Source: Candidatus Nomurabacteria bacterium (GTDB lineage Bacteria > Patescibacteriota > Minisyncoccia > Phycocordibacterales > UBA9973). From it: a DNA stretch of 64,000 nt. The position numbers and the translations under genes were made by a program. Under the pieces are notes generated by a model, which saw only the letters and a program-made list of their open reading frames with translations, was not told the origin of the DNA and ran no database searches. This document shows, in pieces, positions 9,041 to 18,795 of the stretch. The stretch covers positions 105,810 through 169,809 of the forward strand of contig JAPLXP010000003.1 in assembly GCA_026396015.1 (NCBI GenBank), given 5' to 3'. Positions within the stretch are counted from its first letter, which is position 1; every line of letters starts with the position of its first letter.

Positions 9041-9121
9041 GCTATTCTTTAATACTCGTCTTGTTTTCAATTATGATTTTTGACTATAGCAGAAAATGGT
9101 CTTTTTTGCTACTATGTTTTT

Positions 9122-9943
9122 ATGGATAATAGTTTTTTAAAAAATATTAAAAACATTGAAATAGACTCAAAACACAGGGAACTTCAGGAAAATGTTGAAT
9201 CTTTTTTAACTCTACCAGATAGAATAGGGGCTACTAATGAAGACAAAAATCTCCCAAAAGATTTAGGTAAATTTCTCGTTGAGAGAGATTTTATAAAAGG
9301 GGTTGATGTGTGGCGCGGGAGTTGGGGTTTTAAGTATAATTCAGAAGATAAAAAAATATCTATTGCTGAAAATGAAATGTCTAAAGAAAATTATGATTAT
9401 TATATTTTTAGATTAGGTTTAGGGAATAACGGTGAATCATTGTTCCCAAAGTATGGAATAGAGACAGATCAATATAGATTCCTCCATGAGGCCGGTCACG
9501 CATATCAAAGTTACCTTGTAAAAAATGAATCATCAGTATTAAATATTGATCCAATGTCTTGGTACAATGAGTCTATAAAAGGAGAAGACAATTCAACATT
9601 TTCTATGCTATTTAATTTGTGCTACAAAATAAGATCAGTAAATGAGAATAGAGGTTTGTCTACATGGGGTAATGTCCCAGATTACAATGCAATAGATGGT
9701 AGTTCGAATAGAATAGCGATGAGAGCGCTAGAAGATGCAAATGAATTAGTGGTCATGAAATTGTGGCATCCTAAATACTTGGAAACTTTTCTTGATTATG
9801 TTTCTCTCAAAATTAATGGATGTAATGAGTCAAATTTAGAGAGTGATAGACTGGTTAAACTTGGAGAAAATACTAAAAGTAATATAAAAGAAATAATTGA
9901 TTTGTATATAGAAGAAATGAAGCATGAAATAAATAAAAAATAA
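9122..9943 (+). CDS. hypothetical protein with HExxH zinc-metallopeptidase-like motif (ORF-track TTG start at 9080; likely ATG at 9122)
   Basis: HEAGHAYQ motif. No other recognisable domain. Confidence 0.4.
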   Translation: MDNSFLKNIKNIEIDSKHRELQENVESFLTLPDRIGATNEDKNLPKDLGKFLVERDFIKGVDVWRGSWGFKYNSEDKKISIAENEMSKENYDYYIFRLGLGNNGESLFPKYGIETDQYRFLHEAGHAYQSYLVKNESSVLNIDPMSWYNESIKGEDNSTFSMLFNLCYKIRSVNENRGLSTWGNVPDYNAIDGSSNRIAMRALEDANELVVMKLWHPKYLETFLDYVSLKINGCNESNLESDRLVKLGENTKSNIKEIIDLYIEEMKHEINKK

Positions 9944-9944
9944 T

Positions 9945-10820
9945 ATGAACAACAATCCTAATAATGTACGTATAGCGACCGTGCAATGGAAGATGCAATT
10001 GTTTGCTTCTGTAGGTGCGATGCTCGCACATATAGATAATCTGATATTGGAAGCAACTGAAAAGGGTGCAGATTTTATTTTATTCCCAGAACTTTTTACT
10101 ACTCCATTGATTCATCTGATTCCACATACTACAGGCCCCGAGGCTATTATGAAGCTCTCAGAATATACAGACCAATTCGTAAAACATTTTAATGAGCAGG
10201 CTCTCCAAAATAAAATAAATATAATAACCGGTAGTATGCCTATATATGAAGAGGGTATTGTAAAGAATGTAGGATATGTATGTCACCGTGATGGACGAAT
10301 AGAAAAATACGAGAAGCTGCACATCACTCCTGCCGAGGAATCTCTCTGGGGTGTAAAGGGCGGAAATAGTTTGAAAACTTTTGATACTGATATGGGTAAG
10401 ATCGGAGTACTCATCTGCTACGACGTAGAATTCCCCGAGCTAGGTAGATTACTCGCAGAGGGAGGTATGCAGGTATTGTTCGTACCCTTTAATACATACA
10501 ATGTGCATGCATATATGCGAGTACGAATCTGTGCTGCCGCACGTGCAGTAGAGGACGAGTGCTATGTAGTCATTTCTGGTAGTACAGGGGAGATGCGCGA
10601 GGTTGCGAATATGGAGACGAATTATTCTCAGGTTGCTATATTTACTCCGAGTGACAATAATTTCCCGGCAAATGCTATAGCTGTTGAATCAGGATTAAAT
10701 ACAGAGGAATTAATATTCGGTGATGTGGATCTGGCAAAACTCGAACATCTACACAATAGTGGCAGTGTAAAGAATCTAAAAGAACGACGTACTGATTTTT
10801 ATTCACTTAAAAAACTCTAA
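9945..10820 (+). CDS. carbon-nitrogen hydrolase (nitrilase superfamily) protein
   Basis: E-K-C catalytic triad context: FPELF, KLH, ICYDVEFPE. Confidence 0.75.
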   Translation: MNNNPNNVRIATVQWKMQLFASVGAMLAHIDNLILEATEKGADFILFPELFTTPLIHLIPHTTGPEAIMKLSEYTDQFVKHFNEQALQNKINIITGSMPIYEEGIVKNVGYVCHRDGRIEKYEKLHITPAEESLWGVKGGNSLKTFDTDMGKIGVLICYDVEFPELGRLLAEGGMQVLFVPFNTYNVHAYMRVRICAAARAVEDECYVVISGSTGEMREVANMETNYSQVAIFTPSDNNFPANAIAVESGLNTEELIFGDVDLAKLEHLHNSGSVKNLKERRTDFYSLKKL

Positions 10821-10842
10821 AATTATTTTAGAGTTTTTTATT
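10812..10842. terminator. terminator hairpin (ctctaaaat-ta-ttttagag) + T tract
   Basis: Directly after the stop at 10820. Confidence 0.5.
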
Positions 10843-10870
10843 TTTAAAGTAAGTGTGCGATAATATATTC

Positions 10871-11920
10871 ATGTCTCTTTCACCCTACAAAAAACAAATT
10901 AAAATTCTGGGTATTTTTTCACTAGTTATTATCGTTGTACTCGGTGCGTGGGGGAGTATGTATTCTGGTAAACAAATTCGCGACAAGGATTTGAATAGTC
11001 TATTATTGCGTGTTAAAAATATCGCTTTATTTGTGGATACATCCAAGATCAAGGCTCTGGATGGATCAGATTCAGATTTAGATAAGTCAGAGTACCAGAA
11101 CTTAAAAATAAAGCTTGTTCAGGTTAGGGGTGTAAATGATGATATCAGATTCGTATATCTCATGGGCTTAAAAAATAATCAGCAATTTTTCTATTTAGAT
11201 TCTGAAGATCCTAGTTCTAAAGATTATTCACCTCCAGGACAGGTTTATTCTGAGGCTACAGATACAGATATATATAATCATAAGAATGGGATTGCGTATA
11301 TCAATGGTCCCTATAATGATGAATGGGGGAATTGGATTTCAGCATATGCCCCTGTCATCGACCCAGATACCAATACTACTATTGCTATGGTTGGTATGGA
11401 TGTAAATGCTTCTGAATTCAATTCTCATATTATTTTTACTGAGACTGCAGTTGTCTTAGTATTTCTCTTGATATTTGTTTGTGTATTATTATTTGTTGTC
11501 TTGAATAATAAGATTGATAAATATGTATCAGAGTTGGAAAAAACAAATCAAGATTTACAGATAAATAAAGAATATCTAACAGAGGCAGAACAGATGGCCA
11601 GATTAGGTCAGCTGACCTGGAATGCATCTACTAATGACATATCTATAAATAAAATAATTATGGAGATACTTGGTACTTCTTCAAATAAAATATCCTTGGA
11701 TAAATTTATAAGTTATGTGGATGCTGCTGACTTGGAACGTATTAAAGGTAATTTCTTGAAGATTGACCCTATCACTACGTATATGAATTTTAAATATAAA
11801 ATAAATGGACAAGAAGATAAAAAACATTACATGGTCTCTCTATGTAAAATAAAACGTGATTCAAAAGAAAACATTTCTCATGTTGTGTGTACAGCTCAAG
11901 ATGTCACTGATACTTTTTAA
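10871..11920 (+). CDS. membrane-anchored sensor-domain protein (TM - extracytoplasmic domain - TM - coiled coil - PAS-like) with no output domain
   Basis: Two hydrophobic segments (IFSLVIIVVLGAW; AVVLVFLLIFVCVLLFVVL). PAS-like C-terminal region (LGQLTWNAST...). Confidence 0.4.
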   Translation: MSLSPYKKQIKILGIFSLVIIVVLGAWGSMYSGKQIRDKDLNSLLLRVKNIALFVDTSKIKALDGSDSDLDKSEYQNLKIKLVQVRGVNDDIRFVYLMGLKNNQQFFYLDSEDPSSKDYSPPGQVYSEATDTDIYNHKNGIAYINGPYNDEWGNWISAYAPVIDPDTNTTIAMVGMDVNASEFNSHIIFTETAVVLVFLLIFVCVLLFVVLNNKIDKYVSELEKTNQDLQINKEYLTEAEQMARLGQLTWNASTNDISINKIIMEILGTSSNKISLDKFISYVDAADLERIKGNFLKIDPITTYMNFKYKINGQEDKKHYMVSLCKIKRDSKENISHVVCTAQDVTDTF

Positions 11921-12589
11921 CTAGTGGGCAACAGCTATTCCATACACCTCTTTTGCTCCAGCTTTTTTGAGGATTTTTATAATCTCAAATAAGGTGGCAC
12001 CTGTTGTCGTGACATCATCTACTACAAATATAATTCTGTTTTTTACATAAATATTTAAATCTATATTTTTGTTTAGACTAAATGCACCGATCATATTTTT
12101 GAGGCGGATTTTTTTATTGTGAATACGAGCTTGGTGGCCAGTGTCTTTATTTTTGATGACTATATCTGTATGTAATTCAAAAATATTTACACTGAAGCTC
12201 TCTGTAAAGGCACGAGATATATATTCGGCTTGATTGTATCCACGCTCACGGCGACGCTCTTTTGTGAGGGGGACTGGTATTATGATAAATTTCTGACCAT
12301 TGTGTATTTGCCTTAATTCAGATATTTCTTCTTGCATATACCCACCCAACTGTTTTCCTAACATGAACCCCGCAAGCTTTTTATTGTAATATTTAAGATC
12401 CCAAATAGCTTTTTTGATTAATGGATGCTGATAATCAAAACATGCCACAATGTTGTCCAATTTTTCATGATTAGGTTCTGGTATTTTATCAATGCATTCC
12501 TCACAAAGATAGAAGTTTTTTCTTTTGCATCCAATACACTCGAGAGGGAATAAAATATCAACAATAAAGTTGTATATATTTACTAACAT
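11921..12589 (-). CDS. comFC: ComF family protein (ComFC-like phosphoribosyltransferase, competence)
   Basis: N-terminal CxxC...CxxC zinc ribbon (CIGCKRKNFYLCEEC) and PRTase motif IIFVVDDVTTTGATL. Confidence 0.7.
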   Translation of the reverse strand: MLVNIYNFIVDILFPLECIGCKRKNFYLCEECIDKIPEPNHEKLDNIVACFDYQHPLIKKAIWDLKYYNKKLAGFMLGKQLGGYMQEEISELRQIHNGQKFIIIPVPLTKERRRERGYNQAEYISRAFTESFSVNIFELHTDIVIKNKDTGHQARIHNKKIRLKNMIGAFSLNKNIDLNIYVKNRIIFVVDDVTTTGATLFEIIKILKKAGAKEVYGIAVAH

Positions 12590-12633
12590 ATTCCTTTATT
12601 TTACATTATTTATGATATAATAGTACTCATAAT

Positions 12634-13758
12634 ATGAATATTCCTTTTGGAGATATAATCAAAGACGGCCTAACTTCATTCTTCAAGAAAGAAAGCAATG
12701 AGAGTGTTCTTGGTATAGATATTGGATCATCTTCTATAAAAGTTGTTCAGATCAAGAAAAAAGGAGGCAAGGCAGTCCTTGAGACTTACGGTGCACTATC
12801 ACTAGGTCCATACATGCAGTCTGATATCGGTCAGGTTGTGAATGCTCCGGTGGATGTGATAGCTTCAGCACTTGTTGATGTCATCAAAGAAGCAAATGTT
12901 ACTACAAATTATAGTGCGGCGGCTATACCATCATTGTCTAGTTTTATGTCTGTAATTACCTTGCCGTCTGGGGTATCAAAAGAAAATTTTGCAGAGATCA
13001 TACCAAATGAAGCTCGTAAATATATTCCAATACCTATGTCTGAGGTTTCTTTGGATTGGTGGCCAATACCTAGGCAAGTAGAGTCCTATGAAGAGAGCGA
13101 GGTGGGTGTAGTCCAACCAGAAGTTAAGACTGAAGTTTTATTGGTAGCCATACACAATGATACTCTTTCTAAATATCAAGATATCTTGAATAAAGTTGGA
13201 TTAAATACTAATTTTTTTGAGCTTGAAATATTTAGTTCTATTCGTTCTACTTTTTCTCACGATCTGGCCCCAGTCTTGTTTATCGACTTTGGTGCATCTA
13301 AGACAAAGCTTTCTATCGTTGAATACGGTATTATCCGGGTATTTCATATTGTGAATCGTGGAGGTGCAGATATTTCTAAGAATATTTCACAAGCGATGTC
13401 TATTTCATTTAAAGATGCTGAAAAATTAAAGAGGGAGATAGGTCTAGATAAATCAGCAAATGTTGATGCTGCAGAGATAGTTTCATTGTCTATAGAGTAT
13501 ATGCTTTCTGATGCAAATAATGTTGTACTTGCTTATGAAAAGAAGTATAATAAAAATATCAGTAAGGTTATTCTATCAGGTGGCGGAGCACTTACAAAAG
13601 GATTGTTTAATCGCGCAAAAGAAAATTTTCGTGCCGAGGTTATTTATGGAGATCCTTTTTCAAAAACAGAAGCACCAGCATTTTTAACTCCAGTATTAGA
13701 AGTAAGTGGTCCAGAATTTGCAGCAGCAGTGGGTATTGCCTTAAGGCAACTTTCATAA
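12634..13758 (+). CDS. pilM: type IV pilus assembly ATPase-fold protein PilM
   Basis: Actin-like fold start LGIDIGSSSIKVVQIKKKG. Size and position ahead of pilN/O-like genes. Confidence 0.8.
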   Translation: MNIPFGDIIKDGLTSFFKKESNESVLGIDIGSSSIKVVQIKKKGGKAVLETYGALSLGPYMQSDIGQVVNAPVDVIASALVDVIKEANVTTNYSAAAIPSLSSFMSVITLPSGVSKENFAEIIPNEARKYIPIPMSEVSLDWWPIPRQVESYEESEVGVVQPEVKTEVLLVAIHNDTLSKYQDILNKVGLNTNFFELEIFSSIRSTFSHDLAPVLFIDFGASKTKLSIVEYGIIRVFHIVNRGGADISKNISQAMSISFKDAEKLKREIGLDKSANVDAAEIVSLSIEYMLSDANNVVLAYEKKYNKNISKVILSGGGALTKGLFNRAKENFRAEVIYGDPFSKTEAPAFLTPVLEVSGPEFAAAVGIALRQLS

Positions 13759-13761
13759 CAT

Positions 13762-14520
13762 ATGGACAAATCTTTTCAAACATCATTTATTCCCAAGAAA
13801 CCATTACTACAAGAAAGCTATGTAAAATCAGAGCCGATGAGTTTTTTTTCATTTATTGCAGGTGTTTTGTTTGTAGGATCACTTCTTTGTTTTGGGGGAC
13901 TTTATCTGTATAAGAGTTTTTTATTGAATCAAAAAAGTGTTTTAGAAAAATCTTTACTGTCATCACGTGATAGCTTTGAACCAGAAACAATAAAAGTTTT
14001 AGAACTTTTTGATTTAAAAACAAATATATCTAAACAGTTATTATCCAGTCATACTGTAATTTCTCCTTTCTTTAATACCTTATCATCTTTAACTATTCCT
14101 TCTGTTCAATACACAAAGTTTGGCATAGACGTTTCAGAAAAGGGAGCATCTGTTACTATGACTGGTGTTGCTTTGGATTATCAATATATTGCTCTTCAAG
14201 CTCAGACATTTAATAATGCAAAAGGATCCTATTTTAAGAATGTTATTTTTTCTGATCTAGTTTTAAAAGATAAAAAGAGCGGAAATGTTTCTTTTAAAAT
14301 ATCTTTTGATGTCGATCCTGCATTGTTATCCTACGAAAGATCTGTCTCTAGTCCAGAAAGTGCTCAGCCTGCAGTAAATAATGTCATTCCAGCAAAAGAT
14401 GTACCCAGCACTGATGTTGTCGCTCCTGTGTCACAGGATATAAAGATAGACAATTCTCAGCCAAAAACTGTACCACCGAGTGTACAAGGACAATCATTAA
14501 TTATTCCTAAAAAACCATAA
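13762..14520 (+). CDS. PilN-like pilus assembly protein (bitopic)
   Basis: Single N-proximal TM (FFSFIAGVLFVGSLLCFGGLYLY). Gene-order context between pilM and pilO-like. Confidence 0.5.
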   Translation: MDKSFQTSFIPKKPLLQESYVKSEPMSFFSFIAGVLFVGSLLCFGGLYLYKSFLLNQKSVLEKSLLSSRDSFEPETIKVLELFDLKTNISKQLLSSHTVISPFFNTLSSLTIPSVQYTKFGIDVSEKGASVTMTGVALDYQYIALQAQTFNNAKGSYFKNVIFSDLVLKDKKSGNVSFKISFDVDPALLSYERSVSSPESAQPAVNNVIPAKDVPSTDVVAPVSQDIKIDNSQPKTVPPSVQGQSLIIPKKP

Positions 14521-14521
14521 T

Positions 14522-15145
14522 ATGAGAAATATAACATCGATTATTTTTATAGTTATATCATTAGGTGTATTTATTGTTCTTGTTAGTCCTCTGTATTCTA
14601 ATGTTAAAAAGATTAAATCTGATATTGTTGTTTACAATACTGCTCTTTCTAATGCAACAAATCTACAGAAAACTAGAGATTCTCTTTTGAATAACTACAA
14701 AAGTATAAGTCAGTCTGATGCCGAGCGTTTGAATCACTTTATTCCTAATACGGTTGATAATATACAGCTAATTCTCCAGATTCAAAAAATTGCTAAAAAA
14801 TATTCATTAGTTTTGAAAAACATTAAATTTGATTCACCTTCATTGGATAAAAATAATCAAAACCAGCAACAGAAGACTGTCGCTATATCTGGGTCAAAAG
14901 ATGGACTACCCTATGGTATTTTTAATTTAGAATTTTCAGTAGATGCACGCTATGGTGATTTTAACTCTTTCCTTAAAGATCTTGAATACAATATACGCCT
15001 GTTGAATATTAAAAATATTTCATTTACTGTACCAAATCAGTCAGACAAGAGCGTAAAGCCCTATGATCCAAATTCACCCTTTGAGTCAAATGATCCTAGT
15101 ATATATACTTATTCATTAAAAATTGAGACATATTGGCTTAAATAA
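14522..15145 (+). CDS. PilO-like pilus assembly protein (bitopic)
   Basis: N-terminal TM ITSIIFIVISLGVFIVLVSPLY. Context. Confidence 0.5.
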   Translation: MRNITSIIFIVISLGVFIVLVSPLYSNVKKIKSDIVVYNTALSNATNLQKTRDSLLNNYKSISQSDAERLNHFIPNTVDNIQLILQIQKIAKKYSLVLKNIKFDSPSLDKNNQNQQQKTVAISGSKDGLPYGIFNLEFSVDARYGDFNSFLKDLEYNIRLLNIKNISFTVPNQSDKSVKPYDPNSPFESNDPSIYTYSLKIETYWLK

Positions 15146-15150
15146 ATATT

Positions 15151-15531
15151 ATGAGTAAAATTATTAAAATTATATTGATTGTAGCAGTGATAGCTCTTTT
15201 GGGTTTTGTATCTTTTTATTTTATCAACCAAAAGTCAGATACTTCTTCTGGTGATACTCCTAGTGTAGAAACCGCATCTTCTACTTCATTTATTTCAACT
15301 CTATTATCATTGAATAAAATTAAAATAGATCCAACTCTTTTTAAAAATCCTTTTTTCTTAAAATTGCAGGATAATACTGTTTCTGTAAAGAATGAGAGTG
15401 GGGTAGTGGGTCGAACCAATCCTTTTGCTCAAATCGAGGTTCAGTCTACTTCTAGTTCAGAGATATTGTTACCTCAAATAAATACAAATTTAAATGTTGA
15501 GTCAAAAAATATTAACCCAGCAGTTAATTAA
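15151..15531 (+). CDS. small membrane-anchored pilus-locus protein (PilP-like?)
   Basis: N-terminal TM IIKIILIVAVIALLGFVSFYFI. Context only. Confidence 0.3.
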   Translation: MSKIIKIILIVAVIALLGFVSFYFINQKSDTSSGDTPSVETASSTSFISTLLSLNKIKIDPTLFKNPFFLKLQDNTVSVKNESGVVGRTNPFAQIEVQSTSSSEILLPQINTNLNVESKNINPAVN

Positions 15532-15534
15532 TCT

Positions 15535-17271
15535 ATGTTGTTTTTAAATGAATTATTGAAGAGGGGTTTATTGACGGAAAATCAAATTTCTGAAGTTCTT
15601 TCTGTCGCCAATGATAAATATGGAGGAGTTATTGATTTAGCTCTTTTGGATTTTAAAATAAGTGAAGATGTGATTCTTGACATAAAGGGCTCTTTTTACA
15701 ATATTCCTATAAAGAAAATTGATCCAAAATCTGTAAAACCATCCACTTTAAAATACATTCAAATAGAAACTGTTAAAAATTATGGTTTTGTACCTATTGG
15801 TCTTTCTGATGATGTTTTAGAGGTTGGGCTCGTTGATCCTGAAAATATCCATGCCATGGATGCATTGCAATTCATATCTACGCAAATAAATAAACCATAT
15901 AAAATTTTTCTTATTGGTTATTCTGTTTTTAATCAATTGATTGATATGTACCAAAACCTCGGCAATGAGGTTGACCAGGCACTTTCTGAATTAGATTCTG
16001 AAATATCAAATGTGACAGGGGATGGTGGTGTATCTATTGAGAATATAAAAAAACAAGACGATCTAAAACCCGGAGAAGAAGAAAAAATAGTTGAGGATGC
16101 TCCTATTATAAAAATTGTAGCTGTTATTCTTCGTCATGCGACAGAGGGTAATGCTTCAGATATACATATTGAAAATAGTGGAGATAAAGTAAAAGTAAGA
16201 TTCCGTGTTGATGGTGTGCTCCACACTTCACTCATATTGCCATTAAATGTATATAGTGGGGTTGTTGCTCGCATAAAAATTTTATCTAAATTAAGACTTG
16301 ATGAAAAGAGAAAGCCTCAAGATGGTGGATTTTCTGCTAAAATTGAGGGTAGAAAGATTGATTTTCGTGTATCTACAATGCCGTCCTACTATGGAGAAAA
16401 AGTTGTTATGCGTATCCTTGATCCTGAAAAGAGTGTCCACAAATTGGACAATATTGGTCTTACTGAAGAAAATCTAAAACTGGTGCGTGATGCACTCAGC
16501 AAGCCTTATGGCTTAATTCTCATTACTGGTCCTACTGGTTCAGGTAAGAGTACTACTCTGTATTCAATGCTCACAGAACTTGATTCAGAGGAAGACAATA
16601 TTGTATCACTCGAAGACCCTGTAGAATATCATATTCCTGGAGTAAACCAATCTCAGGTTATGCCAGAGATAGGGTATACATTTGCTTCGGGCTTGCGTTC
16701 TATTCTTCGTCAGGACCCAGATATCATAATGGTGGGAGAGATTCGTGACAAAGAGACTGCCCAGCTAGCCATCCAGGCAGCATTGACTGGTCACCTTGTG
16801 TTTTCTACTTTGCACACCAATAATTCAGTTGGGGCTATCCCTCGTCTTATAGATATGGGGGTTGATCCTTATCTTATCGCCCCCACTCTAATATTGACTA
16901 TTGCTCAGCGTCTAGCACGCAGAATTCACCCTTCATCACGTCACAAAATACAGATGGATGAATCTACGAAAGAAATGATAAACAAACAATTTGCAGATTT
17001 ACCAGAAGAACAGAGATCAAAATTGCCAATTGGGGATACTATTTACGAGAGTGTATCTTCTTCGGAATGTGCATCTGGCCTACAGGGCCGTGTGCCAGTA
17101 TTTGAGATGTATGCCGTGGATAAAGAAATGCAAAGAGTTATTCTAAAAAACCCTACAGAAGATGATATATATAAATTGGCTCGCTCAAAAGGAATGCTTA
17201 CAATGAAAGAGGACGCAATATTAAAGAATTTGAAGGGAGAATTGCCATTTCAGGAGGTTTACAATCTGTAA
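15535..17271 (+). CDS. pilB: type IV pilus assembly ATPase PilB (GspE family)
   Basis: N-terminal GspE_N domain, Walker A GPTGSGKST, Asp box, His box, CxxC...CxxC tetracysteine region. Confidence 0.85.
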   Translation: MLFLNELLKRGLLTENQISEVLSVANDKYGGVIDLALLDFKISEDVILDIKGSFYNIPIKKIDPKSVKPSTLKYIQIETVKNYGFVPIGLSDDVLEVGLVDPENIHAMDALQFISTQINKPYKIFLIGYSVFNQLIDMYQNLGNEVDQALSELDSEISNVTGDGGVSIENIKKQDDLKPGEEEKIVEDAPIIKIVAVILRHATEGNASDIHIENSGDKVKVRFRVDGVLHTSLILPLNVYSGVVARIKILSKLRLDEKRKPQDGGFSAKIEGRKIDFRVSTMPSYYGEKVVMRILDPEKSVHKLDNIGLTEENLKLVRDALSKPYGLILITGPTGSGKSTTLYSMLTELDSEEDNIVSLEDPVEYHIPGVNQSQVMPEIGYTFASGLRSILRQDPDIIMVGEIRDKETAQLAIQAALTGHLVFSTLHTNNSVGAIPRLIDMGVDPYLIAPTLILTIAQRLARRIHPSSRHKIQMDESTKEMINKQFADLPEEQRSKLPIGDTIYESVSSSECASGLQGRVPVFEMYAVDKEMQRVILKNPTEDDIYKLARSKGMLTMKEDAILKNLKGELPFQEVYNL

Positions 17272-17350
17272 TTCTAAGATTCATTTCACATCCTTGTTTA
17301 GTAGTGCAGGCCTAGGCAAAAAATTAGTAGTGTAATATAATTAATATATT

Positions 17351-17734
17351 ATGGAAACAAAGAAAAAAATTTTAATTGTTGACGACGACGTTTTTCTTTT
17401 AGATATGTATGCTTTAAAATTTAGTCAATCAAATTTTGACGTTATTACTGCTCTTGGACCAGAGGTTGCTTTAGAAAAAGTAAAAGACGGACTTAATCCT
17501 GATGTTATGATTTTGGATATCATAATGCCAGTCATGGATGGATTTGAATTTTTGGAAAAGATTAATGAAGAGCAGTTGATGAAAGATACAATAAAAATAT
17601 TATTATCTAATCGTGGTCAACAGTCAGATATTGCCAGAGGGGAAGCGTTGGGTGCATCTGGATATATAGTCAAAGCCTCAAATACTCCATCTGAAGTTGT
17701 TCAAAAAGTTGTAGATATTATTAATAAAAAATAA
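17351..17734 (+). CDS. receiver-only response regulator (PilH/PilG-like) inside the pilus ATPase operon
   Basis: KILIVDDD...MILDIIMPVMDGFEF...K. 127 aa. Confidence 0.7.
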   Translation: METKKKILIVDDDVFLLDMYALKFSQSNFDVITALGPEVALEKVKDGLNPDVMILDIIMPVMDGFEFLEKINEEQLMKDTIKILLSNRGQQSDIARGEALGASGYIVKASNTPSEVVQKVVDIINKK

Positions 17735-17738
17735 AAAA

Positions 17739-18794
17739 ATGGAAAAAAAGGCTGGAATTGAGGATTTTATCACAACATTGATTCGCGAGGGGGGGTCAGA
17801 TCTTCACCTTGCAGCAGGGAGAAAGCCCGCTATTCGTGTTAGTGGTGATTTGTTGTTTTTGGTGAATCAAGATGAAATATCTTCCGACCAAATGGTTGAT
17901 TTTTTGAATACTTTACTCGGTAATGATCGATATGAATCTTTTTTGAAGAAAAAAGAATTTGATTTTTCTTATAGTTTCAATGGTTCACGTCTCCGCGGGA
18001 ATGCTTTTTTTCAGAGAGGTCTAGCTTGTCTGTCCTTGCGTCTTATTCCAAAATCAAAACCAATATCTGAATTGCACCTCCCTACAATACTAGAGAATTT
18101 TTCCCGTAGAAAGCAGGGGTTCTTTCTCGTAGTGGGACCTGTAGGTCAAGGAAAATCTACAACCCTTTCTTCTATGGTTGATTTGATTAATCAGGAGCGA
18201 ACTGCACATATTGTGACAATCGAAGATCCAATAGAATTTATATATGAACCAAATAAATCAATCATTGATCAGCGTGAAGTAGGAATAGACACAGATGATT
18301 TTCCTGTAGCACTCAAGGCTGCACTCCGCGAAGATGTGAATGTGCTATTGATAGGGGAGATGCGTGACCCAGAGACTATATCTGCCGCTGTGACTGCTGC
18401 TGAGACTGGGCACCTTGTATTCTCTACACTACATACAAACAATGCTTCACAGACTATCGACCGTATTATCGACTCATTTCCACAAGGACAACAAGATCAG
18501 ATTCGCATACAATTGGCAGCTAGTTTGATCGGAATTTTTTCTCAGAGATTGATCCCTCGTATTGCAGGTGGCAGAGTACCAGCATATGAACTATTGATAA
18601 ATAATAATGCAGTTTCTAATTTGATCCGTGAAAGGAGAACCCACGAGATAGATATAGTCATAGAGACCAGTTTTGAGCAGGGGATGATAGATATGAATCG
18701 TTCACTCATCGAGCTAGTCCAGCAGGGCGAGATTTCTATGGACACAGCTTATCAGTATTCTTTTAATCCAAAAGCTCTAGAACAGCTCATGTAA
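17739..18794 (+). CDS. pilT: twitching-motility / pilus retraction ATPase PilT
   Basis: Walker A GPVGQGKST plus AALREDVNVLLIGEMRD and GHLVFSTLHTNNA motifs. Confidence 0.85.
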   Translation: MEKKAGIEDFITTLIREGGSDLHLAAGRKPAIRVSGDLLFLVNQDEISSDQMVDFLNTLLGNDRYESFLKKKEFDFSYSFNGSRLRGNAFFQRGLACLSLRLIPKSKPISELHLPTILENFSRRKQGFFLVVGPVGQGKSTTLSSMVDLINQERTAHIVTIEDPIEFIYEPNKSIIDQREVGIDTDDFPVALKAALREDVNVLLIGEMRDPETISAAVTAAETGHLVFSTLHTNNASQTIDRIIDSFPQGQQDQIRIQLAASLIGIFSQRLIPRIAGGRVPAYELLINNNAVSNLIRERRTHEIDIVIETSFEQGMIDMNRSLIELVQQGEISMDTAYQYSFNPKALEQLM

Positions 18795-18795
18795 T

